Source: an uncultured Gammaproteobacteria bacterium (GTDB lineage Bacteria > Patescibacteriota > Microgenomatia > UBA12405). Taken from it: DNA of 64,000 nucleotides. The notes beneath the pieces are model-generated. The model ran no database searches and was not told where the DNA came from. It was given only the letters and a program-made list of their open reading frames with translations. This document shows positions 1 to 9,427 of this stretch, piece after piece. Made by a program: the position numbers and the translations under genes. The number at the start of each line of letters is the position of its first letter. Positions within the stretch are counted from its first letter, which is position 1. The stretch covers positions 74,823 through 138,822 of the forward strand of contig CAYPBP010000001.1 in the NCBI GenBank assembly GCA_964408995.1, read 5' to 3'.

Positions 1-22
1 CGAGCCATGTTATTCCAATAAT

Positions 23-568
23 ATGATTAAAAAATCATTGATTATTCTTTTTTGTCTTTTTAATATTTGGGCTATTGCTTATTTAATTAGCCCAACTCCA
101 ATTCCTCCAGACCTTATTAATAGTGTTAAATCAGATGAACCAGGGGACACCATTCAAATGAAAAATGTTTCTGCTTATTACACCAATATGACTCGAGCTG
201 AAGTTATGGATTTCTACAAAGAATACTATAATGGCCCTTTTAGAATTATTATCAATCATCCACCGGAAAGATCAAAAGAAATAATTAAAAACACCATGCA
301 AAGTTATTACTTAGAAGAATATATTTTGCCTTTCAAGGAGTCCCTTTATGTAAATGGTTTTGAATGGGAAAACGACGTCTTCACCAAACCTGAAAAAAGA
401 ATTAAAAATAAATTATTCTTTCAAGGCAAAGAGTATAAAACTAAAGTTACTCTTAAAACTTTCCCAACTTCAGTTCCTAAAAGAATTTTTGCTTTCTTAT
501 TTACCCAATCAGCTATTATTTTTGGTTTTTATCTTTACAAATCATTTTTATCTAAAAATAATGATTAA
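23..568 (+). CDS. hypothetical protein with N-terminal hydrophobic segment
   Basis: 181-aa ORF with a signal/TM-like N-terminus (LIILFCLFNIWAIAYL). I recognise no family. Confidence 0.35.
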   Translation: MIKKSLIILFCLFNIWAIAYLISPTPIPPDLINSVKSDEPGDTIQMKNVSAYYTNMTRAEVMDFYKEYYNGPFRIIINHPPERSKEIIKNTMQSYYLEEYILPFKESLYVNGFEWENDVFTKPEKRIKNKLFFQGKEYKTKVTLKTFPTSVPKRIFAFLFTQSAIIFGFYLYKSFLSKNND

Positions 569-1526
569 ACCTGTCCTTTCTATAATTATAGTTTCCTACA
601 ATACCAGTAAAATAACCTTAGACTGCCTAAAATCAATTTTAAAAGATAAAGGTCTTACTTTTGATTTGACCAAAATTAATAATAAAAATTTAGTTCCAAC
701 TGAAATTATTATTGTCGATAATGATTCAAAAGATAATTCTGTTGCTCAAATTAGAAAATTTATATCCGCCTATGGCGGACAACTTATCGCAAATAAGTTT
801 AATGCTGGTTTTGGAAAAGCTAATAATCAAGCTTTAAAAATAGCCAAAGGTAATTACATTTTATTTTTAAATTCTGACACTTTAATTCTTCATTCAGCCA
901 TTAGTCAAAGTTTAAATTGGCTCTGTTCTCATCCAGAGGCTTCTACTTGCACTGCTCAATTATTAAACTTGGACAAAACTATTCAAGCTTCTGGTGGCTT
1001 TTTCCCAAATTTAGCAAATGTCATTGCCTGGTGTTTAAACTTAGATGATCTTCCTTTGGTAAATAAAATAATCAAACCCCTCCATCCTCATACCCCCGAC
1101 TTTTACACTCGAGATAAATTTTATTTAAAAGACCGACAACTTGATTGGGTTACCGGTGCTTTTATGATGGTTAGAAATTCGCAATTAAAAATTACCAATG
1201 GTTTTGATGAAAATTATTTTATGTACGGAGAAGAAGTTGAACTTTCTTATAGAATTAAAAAAAATTATCCTAAATCTCAAACTTGGTATTTAGTCGGACC
1301 TCAAATAATTCACCTAGGTGGTGCTTCTGCTAAAAACAGAATTGACCCAATTTTAAATGAATACTTAGGCATTTTAGCTTTCTTCAAAAAACACAAAAAT
1401 AACTTGTCTTATCACTTGGTAAAATTTTTAGTCAAAATTAATGCTTTTAACCGTAGTATCATATACTTTATTAGAGGCAATAAAGTCAGTGCTTCAATCT
1501 ACCTTCAAACATGTTCAAAAATATAA
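561..1526 (+). CDS. family 2 glycosyltransferase
   Basis: The N-terminus SIIIVSYNTSKITLDCLKSI...IIIVDNDSKDNS is a typical GT2 DxD region. The ORF track starts at 354, but the in-frame ATG at 561 immediately follows the upstream stop, so I use it. Confidence 0.75.
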   Translation: MIKPVLSIIIVSYNTSKITLDCLKSILKDKGLTFDLTKINNKNLVPTEIIIVDNDSKDNSVAQIRKFISAYGGQLIANKFNAGFGKANNQALKIAKGNYILFLNSDTLILHSAISQSLNWLCSHPEASTCTAQLLNLDKTIQASGGFFPNLANVIAWCLNLDDLPLVNKIIKPLHPHTPDFYTRDKFYLKDRQLDWVTGAFMMVRNSQLKITNGFDENYFMYGEEVELSYRIKKNYPKSQTWYLVGPQIIHLGGASAKNRIDPILNEYLGILAFFKKHKNNLSYHLVKFLVKINAFNRSIIYFIRGNKVSASIYLQTCSKI

Positions 1527-2899
1527 ACATCTTCAGACCAATAATTGCTGTTTTAATTCTTTTTATTCCTCTCTATCCTAAATTCCCACTAGAAAGTGTT
1601 ACTGGCACTTATGTGGCTATTAGAATTGATGATATTGTTATCGCTATTGCTATTTTGTTTTGGTTAACTCATCAAATAATTCATAAATTTCCTGTTTTTA
1701 AAATAAAGATAACTAAATTCTTTTTAGTCTATTTCATGGCTATTATTGCTAGTTTTGTAACTGCTTTTTTGATTTACCAAACTGAATCAACAAATATCCT
1801 TATTCTTCACCTGCTTCGTCGTTTTGAATACATGTCTCTTTTCTTTATCGCTCTTAATAGTATTAAAAGTATTTCCGATTTTAGATTTAGTTATATTTTT
1901 CTTTTAATCTCTACTTTTTTTATTAGTGTTTATGGTTATGGTCAAAAATATCTCCAATTTCCAGTGATTTCCACCATGAACTCAGAATTTTCTAAAGGTC
2001 AGTTACTTCAAATGAATGTTTGGACTAGAATCAACTCAACCTTTGCTGGCCATTATGATTTAGCTGCTTTTTTGAGTGTTGTTTTGATTATTATTGCTCT
2101 TGTTTTTATTTTAAACAAAAACATCTGGGTAAAATTATCTAGTTTAATCGTCTGGATAACCGCTTATCCTATTTTTACTTTCACAGCTTCGCGTGTTTCT
2201 ACTTTTGCTTTCTTGGGTGGAATTTGTTTAACTCTTTTTGCCTTAAAAAAATATTTGTGGATTATCCCTTTTATCATTCTGGTCGGCTTTAGTATTTTTA
2301 ATTCAAAAGATTTAAATCAAAGACTTTTAGCCACCATTCCTGCTTTTCAAAAACAGATTAATAACAATGAGAAAGTAACTCCTCCTACTCCAACTATAAT
2401 TTCTGTCACCCCAATACCAACCCTTGCTATTTTAAAACCAACTCCCAGTATAATCCGTCACAAACTAGTAGACATTTATCCCACAGCCGATGCTGATGCT
2501 GGAGTTGCCAGATCAGGAGAAATTCGTTTTAATATTGAATGGCCCCGAGCTATTAATGCTTACAAAAAAAATATCATTACTGGTAGTGGTCTTGGATCAA
2601 TAACCTTAGCAACTGACAATGATTATTTAAGATTACTTGGTGAAAGTGGTATTTTGGGTTTTGTTTCATTTATGGCCATAAATTTATTTTTTGTCATAAA
2701 AACCATTCCTTTAATTTTCAAAAAGAAATTTACGACCTACAATCAATTATCTATCATCTTTCTTGGGGGATTATTTACTATGCTAGCTAATGCTATTTTT
2801 ATAGACGTCTTTGAAGCTTCAAAAACAGCTTATCCGTTTTGGATAATGATGGCTTTCTATTACCAAAGTTTAACTTTAAAAGATAAAAATTTAAAATAA
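1511..2899 (+). CDS. O-antigen ligase/polymerase (Wzy_C)-like polytopic membrane protein
   Basis: More than 10 predicted TM segments, an internal PT-rich loop, and a position inside a glycosyltransferase cluster. Confidence 0.55.
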   Translation: MFKNINIFRPIIAVLILFIPLYPKFPLESVTGTYVAIRIDDIVIAIAILFWLTHQIIHKFPVFKIKITKFFLVYFMAIIASFVTAFLIYQTESTNILILHLLRRFEYMSLFFIALNSIKSISDFRFSYIFLLISTFFISVYGYGQKYLQFPVISTMNSEFSKGQLLQMNVWTRINSTFAGHYDLAAFLSVVLIIIALVFILNKNIWVKLSSLIVWITAYPIFTFTASRVSTFAFLGGICLTLFALKKYLWIIPFIILVGFSIFNSKDLNQRLLATIPAFQKQINNNEKVTPPTPTIISVTPIPTLAILKPTPSIIRHKLVDIYPTADADAGVARSGEIRFNIEWPRAINAYKKNIITGSGLGSITLATDNDYLRLLGESGILGFVSFMAINLFFVIKTIPLIFKKKFTTYNQLSIIFLGGLFTMLANAIFIDVFEASKTAYPFWIMMAFYYQSLTLKDKNLK

Positions 2900-2906
2900 A
2901 AAAAAT

Positions 2907-4121
2907 ATGACCAAAAGAAAAATACTAATGATCACTCCTTATATCCCCAGACTCTCTCAATCTGGTGGTCAAAATAGTTCTTTTTATTCCATCAAATATC
3001 TTTCACCCAATAACGATATTACTTTAATCTGCCTTAGCCCTGATGAAGAAGGTCTTGATGATGTAAAAAAATATTGTTCTAAAGTTATTGTTATTAAACG
3101 CGGGAAAACATGGGATCCTAAAAAAATCATTTTAACTGGTTTTAGTCCTTATCCTTTTTTGGTGATGAAACATATTAATAAAGATTTTCGTCAAGCCATT
3201 CAACAAGAATTAGAAACTAACTCTTTTGATCTTATCCACTGCGATTGTTTTTACCCAATGCCCAATATCCCAAAAACTAAAGTTCCTATAGTTTTAGTCG
3301 ATTTAACAGTTGAATATGGAGTTTACGAACACTACGTTAGAACTCTTACTGGTTGGAAAAAACTTTTTGCTCCACTTCTTTGGATTGATGTTTTAAAACT
3401 AAAATTTTGGGAAACATATTATTGGAAAAATACCCACACTGTTATTGCCTTTGCCCATGAAGACCAAGAATTAATTTCTAAAATAACTAAAAGAAATGAT
3501 ATTAAACTTTTTCAAAATGGAGTTGATAGTAAATTTTTTGAATCTAAGCTAAAAACTAAAAAAAGTCCTTTTCCTTCTATTTTGTTTGGTGTTTCTAATA
3601 TGAAATGGATGCAAAACAGAGAATCAGTTGAAATGATAATGAAAGACGTTTGGCCAAAAGTTAAAAAAGAAATAGCAAATTGTAAACTTTATATTATTGG
3701 TCGACATGCCCCTGATTATTATGGTCATTATGCTAGCAATGACATCATTGTCAAAGAAGCCGATTTTGATGGTGAAAAACATGATCCAATTTATTATTAT
3801 CAATACTGTTGGTGTTTAGCTGCTCCAATGGGCAGTGGGGGAGGAACTCGTAATAAATTCCTTGAAGCCATGGCTTGTAGATTACCTATTATTACTACTC
3901 CAGAAGGAATGGGTGGTATCAAAATTGAAAATTACAAACAATCAATTATTTGTAAATATAATCAAATAGCTTCCAACACTATTAAGCTTTTAAAAGACAA
4001 AAATAAAAGAGTTTACATGGGTAATGAAGCTAATAAACTCATTAAAAGCAAATACTCTTATGAGAATAGTGTTAATGATTTAAATCAAATTTATCAAGAA
4101 ATTACTGATAAAAATAAATAA
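2907..4121 (+). CDS. family 4 (GT-B) glycosyltransferase
   Basis: The C-terminal region EAMACRLPIITTPEGMGGI is typical of GT4 retaining glycosyltransferases. Confidence 0.7.
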   Translation: MTKRKILMITPYIPRLSQSGGQNSSFYSIKYLSPNNDITLICLSPDEEGLDDVKKYCSKVIVIKRGKTWDPKKIILTGFSPYPFLVMKHINKDFRQAIQQELETNSFDLIHCDCFYPMPNIPKTKVPIVLVDLTVEYGVYEHYVRTLTGWKKLFAPLLWIDVLKLKFWETYYWKNTHTVIAFAHEDQELISKITKRNDIKLFQNGVDSKFFESKLKTKKSPFPSILFGVSNMKWMQNRESVEMIMKDVWPKVKKEIANCKLYIIGRHAPDYYGHYASNDIIVKEADFDGEKHDPIYYYQYCWCLAAPMGSGGGTRNKFLEAMACRLPIITTPEGMGGIKIENYKQSIICKYNQIASNTIKLLKDKNKRVYMGNEANKLIKSKYSYENSVNDLNQIYQEITDKNK

Positions 4122-4122
4122 T

Positions 4123-5034
4123 ATGGATTTATCAATCATCATTCTTAATTACAATTCCAGAGATTATCTAAAAAAATGTGTTGAAAGTATTGCAAAATCA
4201 AACATTGGTAATTATCAGTACGAAGTTGTCGTAGTTGATAATTGTTCCACTGATAATAGCGTCCAATTGGCCAAGCAATCAAAAGTACCAAATACTAAAT
4301 ACTTAATACTTAATACTAACCAAGGCTTTGCTCATGGTAACAACCAAGGCTTAAAAGAAATTAATCCTAAAACCAGATTTGTTTTATTTTTAAATCCAGA
4401 TACTATAGTGCTAAAAAATACTTTCAAAAAAATGATTGAATTTTTTGATACAAATAAAGAAGTTGATGCTGCTACCTGCCAAATTGATTTAGCCTTAACT
4501 GGAAAAATGCAACTAGAATGTCACCGAGGTTTTCCAACTCCTTGGAATTCTTTATGTCATTTTAGTGGCTTATCAAAAATGTTTCCCAATTCAAAAATAT
4601 TTTCCGGTTATTTTCTTGGCCATCTAGATAAAAGTGTTCCACATCAAATTGATGCTTGTGTTGGGGCTTTTTTGATGGTCAAAAGGGAAGTTGGTAACAA
4701 AGTTAAATGGTGGAACGAAAAATATTTCTTTTATGGAGAAGACATTGATTTTTGTTATCAATTAAAACAACAAAAGTTTAATTTATATTTCAATCCAAAT
4801 TGTAAAATAACTCATTTTCAAGGAGTTTGTTCTGGATTAATCAATAAAAGTAAACATCTATCAAAAGCTTCTAGAGAAACAAAAGTAAAAGTAGCCAAAG
4901 CCAGCACTCAGGCCATGCGTATTTTTTATCAAGAAAATTTATTTAAAAACTATTCACCATTCACCAGAGGATTAGTTATGTTTGGAATTAAACTTCTAGA
5001 AATACAAAGAGTTTTTAAAGCTAAATACTTGTAA
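4123..5034 (+). CDS. family 2 glycosyltransferase
   Basis: LSIIILNYNSRDYLKKCVESI...VVDNCSTDNS GT2 motif. It contains an in-frame heptamer tandem repeat at 4288-4320. Confidence 0.8.
   Translation: MDLSIIILNYNSRDYLKKCVESIAKSNIGNYQYEVVVVDNCSTDNSVQLAKQSKVPNTKYLILNTNQGFAHGNNQGLKEINPKTRFVLFLNPDTIVLKNTFKKMIEFFDTNKEVDAATCQIDLALTGKMQLECHRGFPTPWNSLCHFSGLSKMFPNSKIFSGYFLGHLDKSVPHQIDACVGAFLMVKREVGNKVKWWNEKYFFYGEDIDFCYQLKQQKFNLYFNPNCKITHFQGVCSGLINKSKHLSKASRETKVKVAKASTQAMRIFYQENLFKNYSPFTRGLVMFGIKLLEIQRVFKAKYL
4288..4320. repeat. heptamer tandem repeat (AAATACT/TAATACT)n inside a GT2 CDS
   Basis: CCAAATACTAAATACTTAATACTTAATACTAAC. It is nearly identical to the repeats at 25323-25358 and 47583-47700. Confidence 0.5.
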
Positions 5035-5054
5035 AGTATGTTATTATATCAATT

Positions 5055-5327
5055 ATGAAAGCAGAAACCTTAAAAAGGTTTACAAAAATCTATGGTGAAT
5101 TTAATCCAGAACCTCCATTTGAAGCTGAAGTAATTGGTTCAACACCATACGATAATGGAAGTTCACCAGAAACATTTTCTGTCATTACTCGAGAAAAACA
5201 AAGCGGTGAGATATTTGAAGTATTTGAAACAGAAAAAAGATTAAATATCGGAGAAGAAGTTAAAGTTATCCCAATGGTCAATCGACATCAGTCTAGTGGT
5301 GGAACTATAACTTTTTATGATATTTAA
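5055..5327 (+). CDS. small hypothetical protein
   Basis: 90-aa ORF, slightly GC-richer than its neighbours. No recognisable family. Confidence 0.3.
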   Translation: MKAETLKRFTKIYGEFNPEPPFEAEVIGSTPYDNGSSPETFSVITREKQSGEIFEVFETEKRLNIGEEVKVIPMVNRHQSSGGTITFYDI

Positions 5328-5433
5328 CCTGTAGCTGAATCACCTTAGAGTTTTACTTATAATCTAGTATCTTCTAATATCTTCTAAAGAAATCATAATT
5401 CAAATTGGTGTCACTTATATTGTAAAATAAGAA

Positions 5434-6600
5434 ATGAAACATATTGTCATCGACGCTCGTCTTTATGGCCCAAAACACACCGGCATTGGTCGCTACACTA
5501 AGAATTTACTCAAAGCCTTATCTGGTCTTTCCACTTTTAAAAAAAACAAATTTACCTTAATTGTTTATCAAGACTTAAAAGAGGAAATTAAAAAAGATTT
5601 AGGAAATAATTTTAATTATTGTTCCACCAATATTCGCCATTATTCACTTCAAGAGCAACTTTTCTTACCATTTGTAATTTACAAACTAAAACCAGACCTA
5701 GTCCATTTTACCCATTTCAATAAACCCATTTTATATTTTGGCAAATCAGTGGTGACTATTCATGATCTAATCAAACATTTTTTTAAAGGAAAAGACACTA
5801 CCACCCACAATCAATTTCTTTACAACATTAAACATATTGCCTATCTTCTTTTAATTCAATTAATTATCAAAAGAAACCAAATTATTGTCCCTAGTAATTT
5901 CTGGCGTGATTATTTAATCAAAAATTTTAATCTAAAAAACAAACAAGTTATCACCACTCACGAAGCCGTTGACCCAACTTTTTTACCTGCCCGCCAAGAC
6001 TGCCTGCCCGCAGTGTCTTCGACACAGTCGATGCAAGCGGGCAAAGCTGTCGCCGGGCCAACAACCCCCAATTATTTAATCTATACCGGCAATCTTTATC
6101 CACATAAAAATATTCAAGTTGTTTTAAAAGCTATCAAAAATATACCAGATGTTAAATTAAAAATTATTTGTGCTCGTAACTTTTTTAGTGAAAAATTAAA
6201 ACAACAAATTGATAATCTTGGTATTAAAAAACAAGTAGAATTTTTAGGCTTTTTAGATGACTTGGAATTTAAAAATGTCTATCATCAAGCCCTTGCTTTA
6301 GTTCATCCATCTTTAATGGAAGGTTTTAGTCTGACTGGACTTGAAGCCATGGCTCTAAACTGTCCTGTCATCTCTTCTAATGCTAGTTGTTTACCAGAAA
6401 TTTATGGCCAATCTGTTCTTTATTTCAATCCTCATAATTCAAAAGATTTAGTCAAAAAAATAAACGAATTAAAAAATAATCCAATACTTCGTCAAAAATT
6501 AATCAATCTTGGTCATCTACAACTCAAAAAATATTCTTGGACAAAAACTGCCAAATTAACCATGGCTGTTTATCAAAACTTATTATGCGAAGCAAAGTGA
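5434..6600 (+). CDS. family 4 glycosyltransferase carrying an in-frame GC-rich insert
   Basis: GT4-like C-terminal half (EGFSLTGLEAMALNCPVISS). A GC-rich palindromic segment of about 84 nt lies in-frame at 5986-6069. Confidence 0.75.
   Translation: MKHIVIDARLYGPKHTGIGRYTKNLLKALSGLSTFKKNKFTLIVYQDLKEEIKKDLGNNFNYCSTNIRHYSLQEQLFLPFVIYKLKPDLVHFTHFNKPILYFGKSVVTIHDLIKHFFKGKDTTTHNQFLYNIKHIAYLLLIQLIIKRNQIIVPSNFWRDYLIKNFNLKNKQVITTHEAVDPTFLPARQDCLPAVSSTQSMQAGKAVAGPTTPNYLIYTGNLYPHKNIQVVLKAIKNIPDVKLKIICARNFFSEKLKQQIDNLGIKKQVEFLGFLDDLEFKNVYHQALALVHPSLMEGFSLTGLEAMALNCPVISSNASCLPEIYGQSVLYFNPHNSKDLVKKINELKNNPILRQKLINLGHLQLKKYSWTKTAKLTMAVYQNLLCEAK
5986..6069. repeat. GC-rich palindromic element inserted in-frame in a GT4 gene
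   Basis: CCTGCCCGC occurs twice as a direct repeat. GTGTCTTCGACAC is a palindrome. GCAAGCGGGCA is an inverted repeat of CCTGCCCGC. The segment is over 65% GC against about 28% nearby. Confidence 0.5.
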
Positions 6601-7697
6601 AGTCCGCCTCTGGCGGAACACCAAAAGTTGCTCTATTCTACGACTGGTTAAACCAGTGGGGTGGAGCTGAAAAAGTCTTATTGGACTTAATCAAAATTTA
6701 TCCAGACGCTCCAGTTTATACTCTAATTCACGATCCTAAAAAAACTAAATGGTTGCCGGCTAAAACAAAAATTATTACTTCTTTTATTCAAAAGTTGCCC
6801 TTTGCCAAAAATAATCCTTTCTTTTACACTCCACTCTATTCAATCGCCTTAGAACAATTTGATTTTTCTGCTTTTGACATTGTTATCTCTACCACCTCAA
6901 CTGTTGGCCATTGTTTGTTAACTCAACCAAATTCCATTTTTATTTGTTATTTTCATAATGTAAATCGTCACATTTATCAAAAAAAACATTTCTGGCCCAT
7001 CAGTCAATTAATTTCTAATTACAAAAAAAGTGATTACATTTTTGCCATTAGACCCGATTATTTATTTTGTAATTCCAAAACTGTTCAAAAAAGAATTGAA
7101 AATATTTATAAAAGAAAAGCTAAAATAATTTATCCTGGAATTGACACCTCCTTTTTTATGCCCTCAATTGTAAAAGCAAAAGAAAAATATTTCTTAACAG
7201 TTTCTAGGTTAGTTGCTCACAAAAAAATAGAATTGGCTATTAAAGCTTGTCATCAATTACATCAAAAACTCTATATTGTTGGTACTGGTCGAGATAAAAG
7301 TAAATTAACCAAATTGATAAAATCCATAAAAGATCCCAATATAAAACTATTAGGAAAAGTTGATGATAATCAATTATTAAATCTTTATCAAAATTGTCAG
7401 GCCTTAATTTGTCCTCAACTTGAAGACTTTGGTTTAACTCCACTTGAAGCTCAATCTTGCGGCAAGCCAGTTATCGCTTATCAAAAAGGCGGTTTAACTG
7501 AAACTGTAATCAACCATAAAACTGGTATTTTTTTTCAATACCAAACAGTAAAAAGTCTAGTTTTAGCCATCAAAAAATTTGATAAAAATAAATTTTTAAC
7601 CGAATCTTGTCGATTAAGAGCAATCAGTTTTTCCAGTAGCAACTTTATGCTAAACTTTAAAAAAGAAACTGACATTATATGGAAGAATCATCAATAA
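6585..7697 (+). CDS. family 4 glycosyltransferase
   Basis: VALFYDWLNQWGGAEKVL N-terminus and EDFGLTPLEAQSCGKPVIA are typical GT4. The start is uncertain: ATG 6585 overlaps the upstream gene and GTG 6597 is an alternative. Confidence 0.7.
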   Translation: MRSKVKSASGGTPKVALFYDWLNQWGGAEKVLLDLIKIYPDAPVYTLIHDPKKTKWLPAKTKIITSFIQKLPFAKNNPFFYTPLYSIALEQFDFSAFDIVISTTSTVGHCLLTQPNSIFICYFHNVNRHIYQKKHFWPISQLISNYKKSDYIFAIRPDYLFCNSKTVQKRIENIYKRKAKIIYPGIDTSFFMPSIVKAKEKYFLTVSRLVAHKKIELAIKACHQLHQKLYIVGTGRDKSKLTKLIKSIKDPNIKLLGKVDDNQLLNLYQNCQALICPQLEDFGLTPLEAQSCGKPVIAYQKGGLTETVINHKTGIFFQYQTVKSLVLAIKKFDKNKFLTESCRLRAISFSSSNFMLNFKKETDIIWKNHQ

Positions 7698-8773
7698 AAC
7701 ATTATATTTTAATCCTCTGTGGTGGCACTGGACCAAGACTTTGGCCATTATCAAGAAAACATAACCCAAAACAATTTTTATCTTTTTTTAGTAAAGACTC
7801 CGTTTTGGAACAAACTATTAAAAGAGCTCAACGGACTGTTGATGTTGAAAATATTTACATTGTTTCAACCGGTAATTACTTAAATAAAATTATTAAAATT
7901 GCTCAAAAATTTAATTTAACTAAAAATATAATTATTGAACCAGATAAAAAAAATACCGCTCTGGCTATTCTTTATGCCACTACCAGAATAAAACAAATTG
8001 ATCCAAATGCTGTTATCAGCACTTTGCCATCAGACCATTACATTAAAAATGTTCTCCGTTTTAAGCAAACTTTGAATAAAGCCAAAAGAATAGCTTGGCA
8101 AACCGAAACCATTGTTACTATTGGTATTAAAGCAACTGGCCCCAACCCTTCTTATGGTTATATTTCGACTAAAAAAAAGATTGAAGATCACTACACAGTT
8201 TCTAAATTTGTTGAAAAACCAAAACCCAAAAGAGCTTTAAGACTAATTGAACAAGGTGCTCACTGGAATTCAGGTATCTATACTTTTAGTATCCCCACTT
8301 TAATATCTGAATTTGAAAAACTACAACCAGAATATTTCCAAACTTTTAAAAAATTAGAAGCTAACTTAGATTATCCTAAAAAAATTGCTCAAATATATAA
8401 ACAATCACCTGATCTCCCCATAGATAGAGCCATTTCTGAAAAATCATCAAAAATGACTATGCTTCCAGCTACCTTTGATTGGAGTGACATTGGCGAATGG
8501 AAAGCTATTTTTTTAAATTCTAATAAAACAAAAGATAATCTTGCTATCCTTGATTCAAAAACCCAATTTCTAAGCACTGGTTCTCAAAACTGTTTGGTCT
8601 CTGGAACAGAGGACAGATTAATCGGTTTAGTAGGTGTGGATAATTTGGCTATTATTGACACTCCAGACGCTTTGTTAGTTTGCAATTTAGACTCTAGTTT
8701 TAATGTTAGAGATTTAGTAAGCTTGATGGTGAAACATAAAAAATATAAATCATACTTTTTGGGTAAAAAATGA
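7679..8773 (+). CDS. manC: mannose-1-phosphate guanylyltransferase-like nucleotidyltransferase
   Basis: ILCGGTGPRLWPLSR is the GMP/NTP-transferase signature. Confidence 0.7.
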   Translation: MEESSIKHYILILCGGTGPRLWPLSRKHNPKQFLSFFSKDSVLEQTIKRAQRTVDVENIYIVSTGNYLNKIIKIAQKFNLTKNIIIEPDKKNTALAILYATTRIKQIDPNAVISTLPSDHYIKNVLRFKQTLNKAKRIAWQTETIVTIGIKATGPNPSYGYISTKKKIEDHYTVSKFVEKPKPKRALRLIEQGAHWNSGIYTFSIPTLISEFEKLQPEYFQTFKKLEANLDYPKKIAQIYKQSPDLPIDRAISEKSSKMTMLPATFDWSDIGEWKAIFLNSNKTKDNLAILDSKTQFLSTGSQNCLVSGTEDRLIGLVGVDNLAIIDTPDALLVCNLDSSFNVRDLVSLMVKHKKYKSYFLGKK

Positions 8774-9408
8774 AAAAAATATTATTCGCTATTTTCAAAA
8801 GAACAATCGATATTGTTGGCTCACTGATTCTTCTTATTTTGTTTTCAGGAATTATGCTTGTAACCATGATTTTAATTAAATTAAGCTCACCTGGACCTAT
8901 ATTTTTTAAACAAAAAAGAGTTGGTAAAAACAATAAAGAATTTTGGATGTATAAATTTCGATCAATGTACACTGGCGACAATGATAAAAGACTAAAAGAT
9001 AATTACCCAAAATTATGGGAAAAATATAAAAATAATGGCTGGAAATTACCTATGTCAGAAGATCCTCGAATTACTCCAATTGGTAAAAAAATTAGATCTT
9101 TAACTATTGATGAATTCCCTCAATTAATAAATGTTTTAAAAAGTGAAATGAGTTTAGTTGGACCAAGAGCTTATCGAGATGAAGAACTTAAAGAACAAGA
9201 AATTAAATATCCAAAAACTAAAAAATATATTGAAATTATAAGATCAGCCAAACCTGGTATCACTGGTGTTTGGCAAACTTCAGGTAGAAATGATATCTCT
9301 TTTGAACAAAGAGCTAAAATGGATGCTGAATATATCCAAAAAAAATCATTCATTGGAGAAATAATGGTAATTTTAAAAACTCCAATGTCTATGTTGTCTC
9401 GATGGTAA
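8770..9408 (+). CDS. polyprenyl-phosphate sugar phosphotransferase (bacterial sugar transferase family)
   Basis: SPGPIFFKQKRVGKNNKEFWMYKFRSM...DEFPQLINVLKSEMSLVGPR is the Bac_transf catalytic domain. Confidence 0.8.
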   Translation: MKKILFAIFKRTIDIVGSLILLILFSGIMLVTMILIKLSSPGPIFFKQKRVGKNNKEFWMYKFRSMYTGDNDKRLKDNYPKLWEKYKNNGWKLPMSEDPRITPIGKKIRSLTIDEFPQLINVLKSEMSLVGPRAYRDEELKEQEIKYPKTKKYIEIIRSAKPGITGVWQTSGRNDISFEQRAKMDAEYIQKKSFIGEIMVILKTPMSMLSRW

Positions 9409-9427
9409 TTTTAGTTTAAACTTAAAT

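Noticed and set aside
354-560. Long N-terminal extension of the first GT2 ORF in the six-frame track
   Set aside because: It overlaps the upstream ORF in another frame. The conserved GT2 N-terminus (IIIVSYN) starts right after an in-frame ATG at 561.
5090-5281. Antisense small ORFs in the track that lie inside confidently assigned genes (for example 5090-5281, 7240-7443, 8389-8577, 9171-9353, 12325-12558, 13436-13705, 14618-14818, 18735-19268, 20138-20320, 22458-22661, 24221-24415, 26124-26360, 26871-27188, 27390-27623, 28555-29034, 34873-35118, 36032-36526, 42005-42318, 44382-44615, 50891-51245, 54848-55039, 55463-55920, 56123-56472, 56936-57136, 57511-57693, 63145-63375)
   Set aside because: Each is fully embedded in or antisense to a longer ORF with a recognisable protein family. 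They are typical spurious ORFs of an AT-rich genome.
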